This document shows positions 23,563 to 35,394 of a stretch of DNA of 64,000 bases, one piece after another. Source of the stretch: Octopus sinensis (lineage: Eukaryota); contig NC_042999.1 in NCBI RefSeq assembly GCF_006345805.1, positions 14,260,001-14,324,000 of the forward strand, given 5' to 3'. Each line of letters starts with the position of its first letter. Within the stretch, counting starts at the first letter, position 1. Made by a program: the position numbers and the translations under genes. The notes under the pieces are model-generated. The model was not told where the DNA came from and did not search any database. It worked only from the letters and a program-made list of their open reading frames with translations.

Positions 23563-24162
23563 CTAGTTACCTCTATATCCAGGTCTTTGTGTTTTGAATT
23601 TCTCCATTTCTTTTAGAGACACGTTGTCATCTGCCGGTATTGATACATCAATTAGAAAGCATGTTTTTTCTTCATGATCTCTGACAACTATATCTGACCT
23701 GTTAGCCTTAATTTCTCTATTTGTGTGTATCGGCATATCCCAGAGTATGGTTGCTTTCTCGTTTTCTGTGACCTTTTCTGGTGTGTGCCTATACCATCTT
23801 TTTTCTGTTGTTATTCCATAATGTTGGCATAGCTTCCAATGTATGTAGGTTCCAACTCTGTCATGTCTGTGAATATATTCCTTCTTAGCCAGGACTGGGC
23901 AGCTAGAAATAATATGATTTATTGTTTCTTGTCCATCTCCACATATTCTGCAGTTACTTGTTATAATTCTTTTCATTACATGTTTTTGGTAATTTCTGGT
24001 GGGGAGGCTTTGGTCTTGTGCTGCAATTAAAAATCCCTCTGTCTCTGCTTTGAGTCCTGAGCTTCTCAACCATTGCTGGGATTTTTCTTTGTCTATTTCT
24101 TTTGCGTTTAGTTTAGTCCAGTATTTATCATGAAGGGGCTTTTCTTGCCATCGTTTTATCAT
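23563..24162 (-). pseudogene. C-terminal CCHC/RLE fragment of the R4/Dong-like ORF
   Basis: ORF-track peptide; frameshift after KEMEK. Confidence 0.85.
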
Positions 24163-24221
24163 GGTTCGTTGCTGTTCTATTTTTAGTTTGGATTTCCTTT
24201 GTTTTATAGCTTTTGTTGTTT

Positions 24222-24430
24222 CTTCATCATCTTCTTCTCTCTCTTCTTCTTCTTCTTCTTTCTTCTTCTTCTTCTTCTTCTTCTTCTTCTTCTTCTCTTC
24301 TTCTTCTTCTTTCTTCTTCTTCTTTCTTCTTCTCTTCTTCTTCTTCTTCTTCTTCTCTTCTTCTTCTCTTCTTCTCTTCTTCTTCTTCTTCTTCTTCTTC
24401 TTCTTCTTCTTCTTCTCTTCTTCTTCTTCA
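24222..24430. repeat. (TTC)n/(GAA)n expansion inside the LINE ORF
   Basis: Direct reading; lies between the RT-thumb-region fragment and the CCHC fragment. Confidence 0.95.
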
Positions 24431-24730
24431 TATTTATTAGGTGGTATGATTTCTTGTTTGTATTTGTTTGTATTTCCTTAAATACTGAGAACAGTTTTTT
24501 GTTTTGCTCGTGTTTTGCCGCTATCTGGATCAGTTTTCCTTCCTTCTGAAGTAGATATTTTTGCAGTCCTATGGTGGTTATTTTATAGTAGTTTTCCAGT
24601 TGTATAAGGCCTCTACCACCTTCTATACGTTGTATATATAGTCTTTCTATGTCAGATTTTGGGTGATGCATCCTAGATCCTGTCATTATTTTTCTTGTTT
24701 TCCTATCTATTTTGGTCAGTTCATTTAGTG

Positions 24731-25723
24731 TCAGTTAAGGATATTGTAGCTGTAACTTATAACTGGGACAGCTAAAGTGTTAATACCTATTATCTTGTTT
24801 TTAGCATTGAGCTCTGTTTTTAGTATTGATCTAACTCGTCTATAATATTCTTTTCTTATTTTCTCTTTCATTTGTATGTGTTGTGTCTTATCTAGTTCAT
24901 GGATTCCTAAGTATTTGTAAGTTTGGCTTTGGTCTAATTCTTTTATTTCATTGGTTTTATCTAGTGTGATGTTGCTACTCTTAACTAGTTTTCCTCTTTT
25001 CATGGTTACTTTGGCGCATTTTTCCAATCCAAATTTCATAACTATTTCTTTGGTAAATCCATGAACTGTCTTTAATAGTGTTTCCAGCTGTTTGTCATTT
25101 GCAGCGTATAGTTTTAGGTCATCCATATATAAAAGGTGGCTGATCGTTTTGCCGTAACATTTATATCCGCATCCAGTTCTATTTAGTATATCAGATAGAG
25201 GTGACAGTGCCAAGCAGAAAAGGAGTGGAGAGAGAGTGTCTCCTTGGAATATTCCTCTTCTAATGGGGATGTCTTTGGTTTTCATGAGTCCCTCTTTTGT
25301 TTGGAGGTGTAGGACTGTTTGCCATTTATTCATAGAGTGCCCTATGAATTTTATGATTGTTGGTGCTACTTTGTTAATGGCTAGTGTTTCGAGGATCCAT
25401 GTGTGAGGGATGCTATCAAACGCCTTTTTGTAGTCAATCCAGGCCATACTGAGGCCTTTCTTCTTTCTGTGGCTGTCTTCAGTTATGGCTTTATTAATCA
25501 TTAGTTGATCTTTACAGCCATATGAGCCTTTGCGGCATCCTTTCTGCTCTTCTGGGAACAGTTTGTTTTCGTCCAGGTGCTTGTTCAACCTTTGCGATAT
25601 CACTGCAGTAAATGCCTTGAACATTGTAGGGAGGCAGGTTATTGGTCTGTAGTTTTCTGGTTTTGCTGTCTCATTTGATTTGGGAATTAAGATGGTTTTC
25701 CCTTTCGTGAGCCATTCAGGCAT
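24731..25723 (-). CDS. Reverse transcriptase domain ORF fragment (330 aa) of the R4/Dong-like element
   Basis: NYRPITCLPT, EQKG, AWIDYKKAFDSI, GIFQGDTLSPLLF, LYMDDLKL, FGLEKC and YKYLG motifs. Confidence 0.9.
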   Translation of the reverse strand: MPEWLTKGKTILIPKSNETAKPENYRPITCLPTMFKAFTAVISQRLNKHLDENKLFPEEQKGCRKGSYGCKDQLMINKAITEDSHRKKKGLSMAWIDYKKAFDSIPHTWILETLAINKVAPTIIKFIGHSMNKWQTVLHLQTKEGLMKTKDIPIRRGIFQGDTLSPLLFCLALSPLSDILNRTGCGYKCYGKTISHLLYMDDLKLYAANDKQLETLLKTVHGFTKEIVMKFGLEKCAKVTMKRGKLVKSSNITLDKTNEIKELDQSQTYKYLGIHELDKTQHIQMKEKIRKEYYRRVRSILKTELNAKNKIIGINTLAVPVISYSYNILN

Positions 25724-26073
25724 TGTCTCTGGCTCTGCTAGTATGTTGTTAAAGTTAGTTTTCAGCCAGCTTTTTGTGCATCCCTGTTAGATATTTCAAC
25801 CAGAAGTTGGGGATCTTGTCATGCCCAGGTGCCTTCCAGTTGCTTAGTCTTTGCAGTGCCTGGGTGACCTCTTCAGTTGTTATGGGGGTCCAAAGTTGTT
25901 CAGATGCCGAGTTTGTTATTTTGATACTCCTTTTTTTGCTTGTTCGTTCGCCGACCATATTTCTTTCCAGAATTCTTCCAATTCTTCTGCCGTTGGTGCT
26001 GCAGTGACTTCTATTTTATTTTTGCCAAGTTCTTGGTAGAACTTTTTGGGGTTGGAGTTGAACTTTTTTGAAC

Positions 26074-26134
<61 letters not shown>

Positions 26135-26295
26135 CATTATTATTATCCTTTCGAGGACGATAAATTACGTGCCAGTTGCGTACTGGGGTCGATGTGATCG
26201 ACTATCACCTCTCAGAATTTCAGGCCTTGTGCCTATAATAGAAAGGGATTCTTCTTCTTCTTCTTCTTCTTCTTCTTCTTCTTCTTCTTCTTCTA

Positions 26296-26334
<39 letters not shown>

Positions 26335-26497
26335 GGGAAGCAAAACATACCAACCTGCAGTAAGTCTTCTGTCGGAAAGACTAGATATTACATTTGCATA
26401 GCGATAAAATTATTGGCCCTCTGTGTGTGTGCGTTCTGCAAGATTCTTTATATGAGTTCGTTTGTTGAAGCCTATTTTGTTGTGTCTATGGAGAGTC

Positions 26498-26621
26498 ATT
26501 CTCTTTTAGTGCCTTATTATTTAACACCAGTAAAGTTTCCAGTCATCTACTTATTTAAATAAGTAAATGAGTGGAAATTTTACCAGTGAATGTTTTAAAT
26601 AATAAGGCACTAAAAGAGAAT
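26498..26621. repeat. Spacer-less imperfect hairpin (~60-bp arms)
   Basis: ATTCTCTTTTAGTGCCTTATTATTTAA is perfectly mirrored; centre TTATTT|AAATAA at 26556/26557. Confidence 0.85.
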
Positions 26622-26914
26622 CACTGTCCCCAGGCCTGGTCAAATGGACAAGTTTGTGTCTCTATCATCCGATCTTGATTTCGATCCTACTGCGTGGCAT
26701 TTCATCATGGGTTAGTTGACTTTTACAATACCTTCATGTCGACCCACATCTTGCGGTGGAGTGGTTATCTCCCTTGCCAGTAAATAGAACATGTGTTTCT
26801 GTAGCTAAAGAGTCTTTGACTCTTATTTATGGCAATGCTCCCAGCTCCCTTCATCACTTTTTAGTGACGTTGGATTATTTCCTTTCGGGTTTTGAATTAC
26901 GTCTAGCCACCTGA

Positions 26915-26945
<31 letters not shown>

Positions 26946-26983
26946 TATTATTATTATTATTATTATTATTATCATTATTATTA

Positions 26984-27038
<55 letters not shown>

Positions 27039-27044
27039 TATTAC

Positions 27045-27095
<51 letters not shown>

Positions 27096-27097
27096 CA
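26915..27097. repeat. Long (TTA)n microsatellite
   Basis: Direct reading. Confidence 0.95.
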
Positions 27098-27177
27098 TAA
27101 GGGTAGAAAATTTAAAGAAATTTTCACATCAGTGGCCAGCATGCGTAGTAAAGTCAATAGACAACATATTTTCATAT

Positions 27178-27861
27178 AAAATAGTGTACAAACAATTTAC
27201 GTATTTATACACAAAAGAGATGACCTTTAACAGGACACCTTACATGCTGGAAAGGGCGGTTATAGCCCAAACCATGAATAAGAGCAATTTCAAAGGGAAT
27301 GAAAATAAAAATAATTTTTGTAGTTACCCTCAGACTCGAGTTTCTGTATCAATGTGCAAATAAATTAATTTACCATCCGTACCTCTTCAGTGAGGGCGCT
27401 AAAATTAATGCATATTTATGCAGCAAATAGCACTGAAAATACACGTGCTACATACTTGTTCATTATAATTTTCAAATTCACCGCACAAGAGCAGTTACTT
27501 TCGGCAGCAAATAATAATAATGAAATTAAAACTGCGTATCAAAGGGCTTCGAAACTACGAAACTTTTACTGTGAAAATAATAGGGATAGAAAATTTAGAG
27601 AAATTTTCAAACCGGTGGCCAGCATGCGTAATAAAATCAATAGACAACATAATTTCGTATAATGGCAAATTAATTTATTTGCACATTGATACAGAAACTC
27701 GAGTCTGGGGGTAACTACAAAAATTATTTTTATTTACATTCTCTTTTTGAAAATGGTCTTATTCGTGGTTTGGGCTTTAACTGCCCTTTCCAGCATGTAA
27801 GGCGTCCTGTTAATGGTCACCTCTTTTGTGCATAAGTACGTACATTGTTTGAACACTATTA
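27178..27861. mobile_element. Fold-back/MITE-like element with ~195-bp inverted repeats
   Basis: 27178-27375 is the diverged reverse complement of 27662-27861; TA-rich flanks. Confidence 0.8.
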
Positions 27862-27869
27862 TATATATA

Positions 27870-28130
27870 TATAATACACATTGGGACAAGAACGCAAAAC
27901 ATCCGGACAACTAAGTGATACAAAAAGGGACAACAAAACATTCAGACAGACAATACAAAAAAACAAAGATGGGTCATTCGAAGCTATTTATCCTCAGTCA
28001 AGAACCGGATCATCCTCGCAATTTCGGCTGATTGCTCTAATCTGGCCAGCCCCAAGGAAAAAACTAAGCTAAGAGCATTAGATTCCTTGGAAAAAAGCAT
28101 CGAATGTATACGAAAACAAGGACAGAAAAA
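27870..28130. repeat. Dispersed repeat; inverted relative of 43325-43540
   Basis: Shared CAGCCGAAATTGCGAGGATGATCCGGTTCTTGACTGA and CCTTGGGGCTGG. Confidence 0.7.
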
Positions 28131-28177
28131 CAGACGATGTTACATGAATATAAATACAAAAATAAAATAAAAATAGC

Positions 28178-28208
<31 letters not shown>

Positions 28209-28239
28209 GGACATTATATATACATACATACAAAGAGTT

Positions 28240-28392
28240 TCTTCCAGTTTTCGTATACCAAACCCACTCACAAGGCTTTGGTCGACCTAGGGCTAAAGTA
28301 GAAGACACTTGCTTCAAGTGCTACACAGTACGAGCAAACCTGATGCCATGTCGTTGGGAACCAAACTTCTTGCCACACAGCCATGCTTGTGC
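28240..28392 (-). mobile_element. SINE family A head, degraded
   Basis: CCACTCACAAGGCTTTGGTCG..GTAGAAGACACTTGC. Confidence 0.75.
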
Positions 28393-29307
28393 GTTTTTAT
28401 GACGCTCAACTGAAACCATTTTCTAAATTACTTGGAAACATCAATTCTTATTGAATCGACATTTCCCGGACTAACAGAAGATTTATAGTGAATTCATGTG
28501 ATTGTATTTTATTTTAGGTATTAATAAACCCGAGCAAGGCCGGATACTGCTGCCAACTGAATATAATTACAAACAGCCTATTCATTATAATACATCCAGG
28601 GCGTTTTTCTCCAACGATCCAGTCTCAGAATGAGAAATATTATATTTCTTGCTAATTTCAGTATACTGTTTAGTTGAAGCCTTCGCCGGTTAGATCATTT
28701 TGATGGCGAATAGAAATAACGCTTGACATATATTCTATAGTGGTTTTGATTAAAGACAGGTCAAGCAAATAATGAGGTTCCTTTTCGTTGTCACTATCTT
28801 TCAATGAAAGATTAATATCACTCGTAGCGAAGCTAGAATAAAAGCTATTAAATGAATTAATGAATAAATAAGTACTGTATTACTCTCTGTGCCGCCATCG
28901 TCCGCGAGAGAAAAGAGAGACAGTTGTCTGAGGTTATCTGCAATGAATACTTTGTTATCTACCGTGTTGAGAAAATTTATTCATACGTTCAAAACACACG
29001 CGAGCGCGCCTGCTTCTTTCCTCCGATTGCTTCTTTTCTTTTCTCTTTCTCACTTTGATATCTGTCTTCAGGCTGCGATCAAGATGAGGCACGGATTTTA
29101 AGGATTTAGACAATCATATCGGCCACTGCACTTACGTATGTCTACCATTTCTATTTGTCGAACCGTTAAGTTACTGGACAAAAAGAGACACAAGATTAAT
29201 AGAAACACGAAAATGGATAGATTGATAGACGGATAAATAGATAGATAGATGCATACATAAGTAATTGCGTCTGTGTGCATTTGTGTGTTTCAATATGTAT
29301 GTATGTA

Positions 29308-29340
<33 letters not shown>

Positions 29341-29479
29341 ATGTATGTATGTATGTATGTATGCATGTATGTATGTATGTGTGTGTATGTATGTGTGTGT
29401 GTGTATGTATGTATGTATGTATGTATGTATGTATGTATGTATGAATGTGTGTGTGTGAGATCACTCTTAGTGCTACTAG

Positions 29480-30110
29480 TAACATGTAACCCAGTACAAC
29501 ATGTCGCATGGTCAGGCCGTCGGCGACTAAACTGGAAACATTACCAAGCCTACTTGGTAAGGAGGGTGGATTTCATTAGGCACTCTGTAGGATGAAAAGC
29601 AAAATCTGTCAAAGGTTGGACGAATTCAGTAGAGTCAGCGGCCTCCAACAGCTGAGAGCGAGATACCCTAGTCTTTGCTTAGACGTCTCTCTAAGGAAAA
29701 GAAATCTCTGATATAACACCTGCGGCTTCATTTGCATCCAATAATATAGGCTATTTCTTCCTATGGATAAATACATGCGTTGTTTAGTAAGTGGCATTGG
29801 CCCTCTGCAAGGCCTTTCATCACTTTAAAAGGCTTCGGGCATAGGCATCGCTTGAATTTTAATATACCACCTCTCAAGTGCTGCGTACTATGGCTGGTCG
29901 TAGCCGAGAAAGGCAAAATACTCAATATTTTGCATGAAGGCATGTATCAGAATGGGTGGTGAACTCTCTGAACACCTGCTGCAATCGTCATATCCGTGCA
30001 AAAGTGTGTAGGGCCCTAGGAGGACTGAGAAACCATATCTGCACTGCTCGTGTCTAAGAGAACAATCAAGCGATGGCATTGTTCGAAATCGAGTTGCAGC
30101 CAAGATTTTC
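29480..30110 (+). pseudogene. Degraded RTE-like LINE 3' region
   Basis: AKVCRALGGLRNHICT resembles the RTE C-terminal zinc finger (C..GL..H); upstream VAEKGKILNILHEG. Confidence 0.5.
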
Positions 30111-30729
30111 TTTAATCAAACATTATCAATTCTATAAAAAATCTTTAAAAAAAAGTCACGAATCTTTTGGAAGGAAATATTTGCTTTGTATAAAGCGCTT
30201 TCGTTGTTTAACAGCTTTTCAAACACACGTGTTATGGAGTAATAGGTATAGAGGATTTACCTTATGGGGACTTCTGTACAGTTTCTGTCTACCATATTCT
30301 TCCTGCCAGAAATGGGCCACTCCGAAAATATATAGCTGAATGTACTTGCGCAAGATACCGCTCAGTGAAATTGAACCCGGAACTTCGTGGTTGTGAAGTG
30401 AACTATCAAAACCATACACCTCATATTTGCACACACACACACACACACACAAACATGCATGCATGGTACTGTCAACATCAGACGTGCTGGTGTAGAGGTT
30501 CGTTTAGAAATGCATTTTTTAAACGTATTTTCTTTTTTTCAAAAACGACGCCGATTTCTTCAGTGTAAATCTCTGCAACGGATTAATTTCTTCTGCTATA
30601 AATAAAAGAAACACCTTTTACTTACTAACTTAGCGCTATTCAGTCCGGATTATAAAACATATCTTACACCACGTGGAATTTTACTTTTACGATCGCGGAT
30701 GATATTGATAACAAGAGCATACATATATG

Positions 30730-30766
<37 letters not shown>

Positions 30767-30972
30767 CCCCCCCCACACACACACACAGGGGCACACATAC
30801 ATACATTTATACTTGCATGTATCTATGCACGTATGTACACATACACGTAAATATAAGAAAAAAAGAAGTAAAATAATTTAAGCAGTATTATATTTTATTT
30901 CCTTAAGAAAATATAGAAAAGAAAAACACATGTGACTATGAGTGTGTGAATGTTTATGTGGGGTGGAGTGTT

Positions 30973-31003
<31 letters not shown>

Positions 31004-31349
31004 ATAGAAATGAAAATTCCGACAACTTAATAATATGTTGGTGTTGCAGCTTAACTTAAATGCAGCTTAGAGCGAAAATTACAAATAAATTGAACAAACT
31101 CGATTACTTAGCGGTAGATTATGATGCTAAAACAAACACAGATCTCAATCTGTACGCTTCTGCGGCAAAAATATTAGGCCACTAGGTCCTCAACAATCAA
31201 TTCTCGCTTGATATACGTCGTGTTTTGCGAAAAGGTAGACACTGTATCGTGAAAGACGTACCTTGATTTTCAAACTGCAATTCTAAGGAATATCGTTTTT
31301 ATACTTACCAAAGCCCAGTTCACATAACTGGGCAGTGTTCGGTGAGCTT

Positions 31350-31790
31350 ATGTTGAAAGCTTGTTTTTAGACAAAGTTGGTGAGCAAAACAGCGAGGTGT
31401 TCTTGGCCGTCGGAGAGCGAAGTCACCAGATTATGGTTGAATTTGCTGTGCGTGGGCTAAGACTACGCGCCTTCATTGGTCAGTTAAAGCTGAGACAGTG
31501 TCACGTGACAACTTGCTGGGGCTGCCTGCTGGAGCCTAGCGGCAGGTATTTAAAGGGAAAAATTTTGACAAAACAGTCAGTCGTCCGCTGACACTCGACG
31601 CTACATCGAAGAGGCCAGGGAACGGAAGAAAGAAGAAAGAAGACATGCACCCAACACCAGAGCTGAAGACACCTCCGAAAGGGGGGAGGGCACGTCGAAA
31701 CGGTAGAGGACTAGGGGAGTAGGGGCCGAAACCGGACGTGGTTCCTCCTGATGATGTCTTGAGCTAACTGGATCCTATAAAGGAGCTGTT
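31350..31790 (+). mobile_element. Possible solo Penelope-like pseudo-LTR
   Basis: ATTGGTCAG, TCACGTGAC and TATTTAAA promoter-like motifs followed by CTGAAGAC...GTCGAAAC. Confidence 0.35.
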
Positions 31791-31794
31791 GTGG

Positions 31795-32030
31795 TAGCAG
31801 ATCACGAAACACAATTGAAATTCCTCCCACTCTGCTCCTCTCTTTAACTGTCCTGCAAGTATTCCTGTATGACGCATGAATGATGAGATAACATCCGTCA
31901 CCGTCGACTAGCTACCTGTTCCGATCGTAACTTCTGCCGTGCATACGCTCCGAATGTTAACGGAATGGATGACGCTAACATATCGCCGAACGCTGCTCAA
32001 TTGTTTGGAAGGGGCTTAACCAACACCAGT
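31795..32030 (-). pseudogene. Possible LINE APE-endonuclease N-terminal remnant
   Basis: SVNIRS.., CVIQE and GGISIVFR strings in shifted frames. Weak call. Confidence 0.3.
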
Positions 32031-32284
32031 CTTTTTTCAGTCGTTATATCATTTCTTATTTGTACTTGCTACGGTCAGTGGACTGAGCCATGCTGGAATA
32101 ATACCACCTTGAAAGATTAGTCAAGCAAATCGTTTCCAGTAAATATTTTAAGTTTTACATTTATTCTACCGGCGCCTTTTGCCGAACCGCTAGCTTATGG
32201 GGACGTAAGCAAACCAACACACATTGCCAAGCGGTGCGATGCAGGACAAACACAACCACAAAGACACATAGAAACACGCACGCA

Positions 32285-32626
32285 GGGTAAAGGGAAAAGA
32301 CTAATTTCAGTCATGACTGATTATGGGATTGCCCCTAGAAGGTACCCCACCTCCGAGACACAAGTCAGTGCAAGGTTGCTTATCGAAGACCAGCAATCGC
32401 CGAGCCTCCTTTCTCCACGCCACAGATCTTATCCAAGAGAAAGGCAATGGTTGATACAGCTTGGCACCTGTGACGTCGCAACTCATTTCTACAGCCGAGT
32501 GATCTGGAGCAACATGAAATAAAGTGTCATGCTCAAGAACACAACACACAACCCGGTCTGGGAATCGAACTCACTATCTCATGATTGTGAGCACGACGCT
32601 CTAACCACTGGGCCATGCGCCTTCAC
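32285..32626 (-). mobile_element. SINE family E
   Basis: tRNA-like head, GTGTTCTTGAGC...CACTCGGCTGTAGAAATGAGTTGCG core and long tail; second copy at 60513-60839. Confidence 0.85.
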
Positions 32627-32649
32627 AAGAACACACACACACGCACAAG

Positions 32650-32718
<69 letters not shown>

Positions 32719-32880
32719 GACATGCTTCTACTCTGTTTCCGTCTACCAAATTCATTGAGACAAATGCTCAATGTAACGCACGCCATAGATTAGGATTGAA
32801 CCAGAAACCATGTGGATACGAAGCGAGTTTCTTAACCAACATCGTTCATAATATTCCTTTTAATTTAAAGACCCTTTTCA

Positions 32881-33280
32881 GGCGGCAAACTGGCAGAAAC
32901 GTTACCACGCCGGGCGAAATGCTAAGCGGTATTTCGTCTGCCGCTACGTTCTGAGTTCAAATTCCGCCGAAGTCGACTTTGCCTTTCATCCTTTCGGGAT
33001 CGATTAAATAAGTACCAGTTACGCACTGGGGTTGATATAATCGACTTAATCCGTTTGTCTGTCCTTGTTTGTCTCTTCTGTGTTTAGCCCCTTGTAGGTA
33101 GTAATGAAATAGGTATTTCGCTTATCTTTACGTTTTGAGTTCAATTTCCGCCGAGGTCGACTTTGCCTTTCATCCTTCCGGGGTCACTAAAGTAAGTACC
33201 AGTTGAACACTGGAGTCGATATAATCGACTTACCCTTCTCCTAAGTTGCTGGCCTTGTGCCAAAATTTAAAACAATCTTA
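32881..33280 (+). mobile_element. SINE B followed by a head-less second unit
   Basis: GGTATTTCG at 32928 and again at 33112 (184-bp offset). Confidence 0.85.
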
Positions 33281-33684
33281 GGCCTTTTAAATGTGATTGT
33301 TTAAGCCATTTGCTTTTAAAGTAGCAATCAATGAGAGAACACGAAACGTTAACATCATGGTTGATTGTCAGGTACTATATCGACATGGCTAATCACATTC
33401 TCGTAGCTAGCTGAGCAAACAGAATACGAAATCCCAGACTCTCTACAGATAAGTTCAACAGCATGTTTCAAACGAAGTATCCAAATGAAGTCAGTGCTTC
33501 ACAAATTGTTTTAAGTGTCACCAACTTCCTTTTAATAACAATATTTCAACGCCCTCTTACTTCAGATTCAACATAATTACAAGCAGCACAAAAAAGCAGC
33601 TGCCGTTGGGTTGATCGCCATTGAAAGACCCCTTGCACATAAATCATTTGATCTGTACTACATAGAACATTAAATAATATTGGT

Positions 33685-33895
33685 TACAAATTTGACACAA
33701 AGCTAGCAATTACGGAGTGGGTGGAGGAATAAGTCGATGGCATCGACACCAGTGTTCAACCGTGTACTTAATTTATCGACACCGAAAGAAGGAAAGGCAA
33801 AGTCGACCTCGGCGGAATTTGAAATTAGAACGTGAAGACGGACTATATGCCGCTAAGCATTTTGCCCGGCGTGCTAACGATTCTGCCACCTCGTC

Positions 33896-33897
<2 letters not shown>
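33685..33897 (-). mobile_element. SINE family B
   Basis: GGCAAAGTCGACCTCGGCGGAATTTGAA and TAACGATTCTGCCA motifs. Confidence 0.8.
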
Positions 33898-33991
<94 letters not shown>

Positions 33992-33994
<3 letters not shown>

Positions 33995-34199
33995 TAGTTT
34001 TATTTTTATAGCGTGCTTTCACTTCACTACCGAGCGCAGCTCTGTGTGCCTTGGGTATGTGCTGTGATTTGTTGTGATGCTCTGATGGTTATTGTATGGA
34101 AAGTGTTCTGCGTAGGATGTGTGCAGTGCCTAGTAGTGCAATTTTCTGTATGTTATATGTGTTTGTAAGTCCTGGTGTTTTTGTTATGTATTTGTCTGA

Positions 34200-34200
<1 letters not shown>
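33992..34200 (-). mobile_element. R4/Dong-like 3' fragment, copy 2
   Basis: Near-identical to 23289-23500; (TTA)n on both sides. Confidence 0.9.
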
Positions 34201-34238
<38 letters not shown>

Positions 34239-34734
34239 GCTACCAGCCGGTGGTTCTCATAGCTTCTGATCTTAACTGATCATTGTTTTGTCTTGGTATA
34301 AAAGATGCGCTACAGCAAATATTCATCTCAATAGTACATATTTGCTTATCAGTTGTTTGACCTTAACCAGTTGAGCATGTCCCTTATTGGCCGGCGATAT
34401 GTTCATCTCTGATCACGAGCAGAAATAGTGAGGAAGCATCACAGCCATGTGTTGAGAGGAATTCTTTGGGATTTAGATAATTCCCATTTGGAATCATGGA
34501 TATTTCGTTCAACAATTTTAAGCAATGCTTATTCAGGGACCTTTTGAGAGGGATGGGCTACTCGCCATGAAGATCAAGCGCTGTTTATCTTGGTACGAGA
34601 CCACCATGTCACGCACATATGTGATGTATGTGCCTGGTGTACCCTTATCAGACGGGTAGTCATGATGAATATATTGGGCTTCGTATATTTTACCCCAGTG
34701 TAACTTTTCTGGCATGCACTGCTCTCTCTCACTC
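34239..34734 (+). mobile_element. Third copy of the 553-bp element, 5'-shortened
   Basis: Ends GCACTGCTCTCTCTCACTC|AATAAT like the reverse complement of 22506. Confidence 0.8.
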
Positions 34735-34796
<62 letters not shown>

Positions 34797-34807
34797 TAAT
34801 AATAATA

Positions 34808-35057
34808 ATAATAATAACAATGGTTTCGAAATTTGCCACAAGGACAGCAATTTTGGGGGAAGGGAATGAGTCCATTACATCAACTAGCACTTATTTTATC
34901 GAGAATGAGTCCATTACATCAACTAGCACTTATTTTATCGACCCCGAAAGGATGAAAGGCAGAGTCGACCACTGCGGAATTGGAACTCAAAACGTAGCGC
35001 CGGGCGAAATACCGCGAAGCATTTAGTCCAGCGCGCTTACGATTCTGCCAGCTCACC

Positions 35058-35058
<1 letters not shown>
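34808..35058 (-). mobile_element. SINE family B with internal 39-bp tandem duplication
   Basis: GAATGAGTCCATTACATCAACTAGCACTTATTTTATCGA at 34864 and 34903. Confidence 0.8.
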
Positions 35059-35119
<61 letters not shown>

Positions 35120-35123
35120 CATT

Positions 35124-35278
35124 TAGTAGTTTTATTTTTATAGCATGCTTTCACTTCACTACCGAGCGCAGCTCTGTGTGCCTTGGGTATGTGCTGTGAT
35201 TTGTTGTGATGCTCTGATGGTTATTGTATGGAAAGTGTTCTGCGTAGGATGTGTGCAGTGCCTGGTAGTGCAATTTTC
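35124..35278 (-). mobile_element. R4/Dong-like 3' fragment, copy 3
   Basis: Same 3' UTR as 23289; (TTA)n flanks. Confidence 0.88.
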
Positions 35279-35303
35279 TATTATTATTATTATTATTATT
35301 ATT

Positions 35304-35335
<32 letters not shown>

Positions 35336-35358
35336 TATTATTATTATTATTATTATTA

Positions 35359-35394
<36 letters not shown>

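Larger units (their letters stand above)
23289..26074 (-). mobile_element. 5'-truncated R4/Dong-like non-LTR retrotransposon (RT + CCHC + restriction-like endonuclease)
   Basis: RT motifs KAFDSI, QGDTLSP and YMDD; CRICGDGQETINHIISSC finger; NRSDIVV..FLIDVSIP endonuclease region. 3' UTR ends AAATAAAACTACTG into (AAT)n; (TTA)n on both flanks; several frameshifts. Confidence 0.92.

Noticed and set aside
31720-31765. Second hammerhead (GAAACC..GGT..CTGATGA)
   Set aside because: No helix I or helix II pairing.
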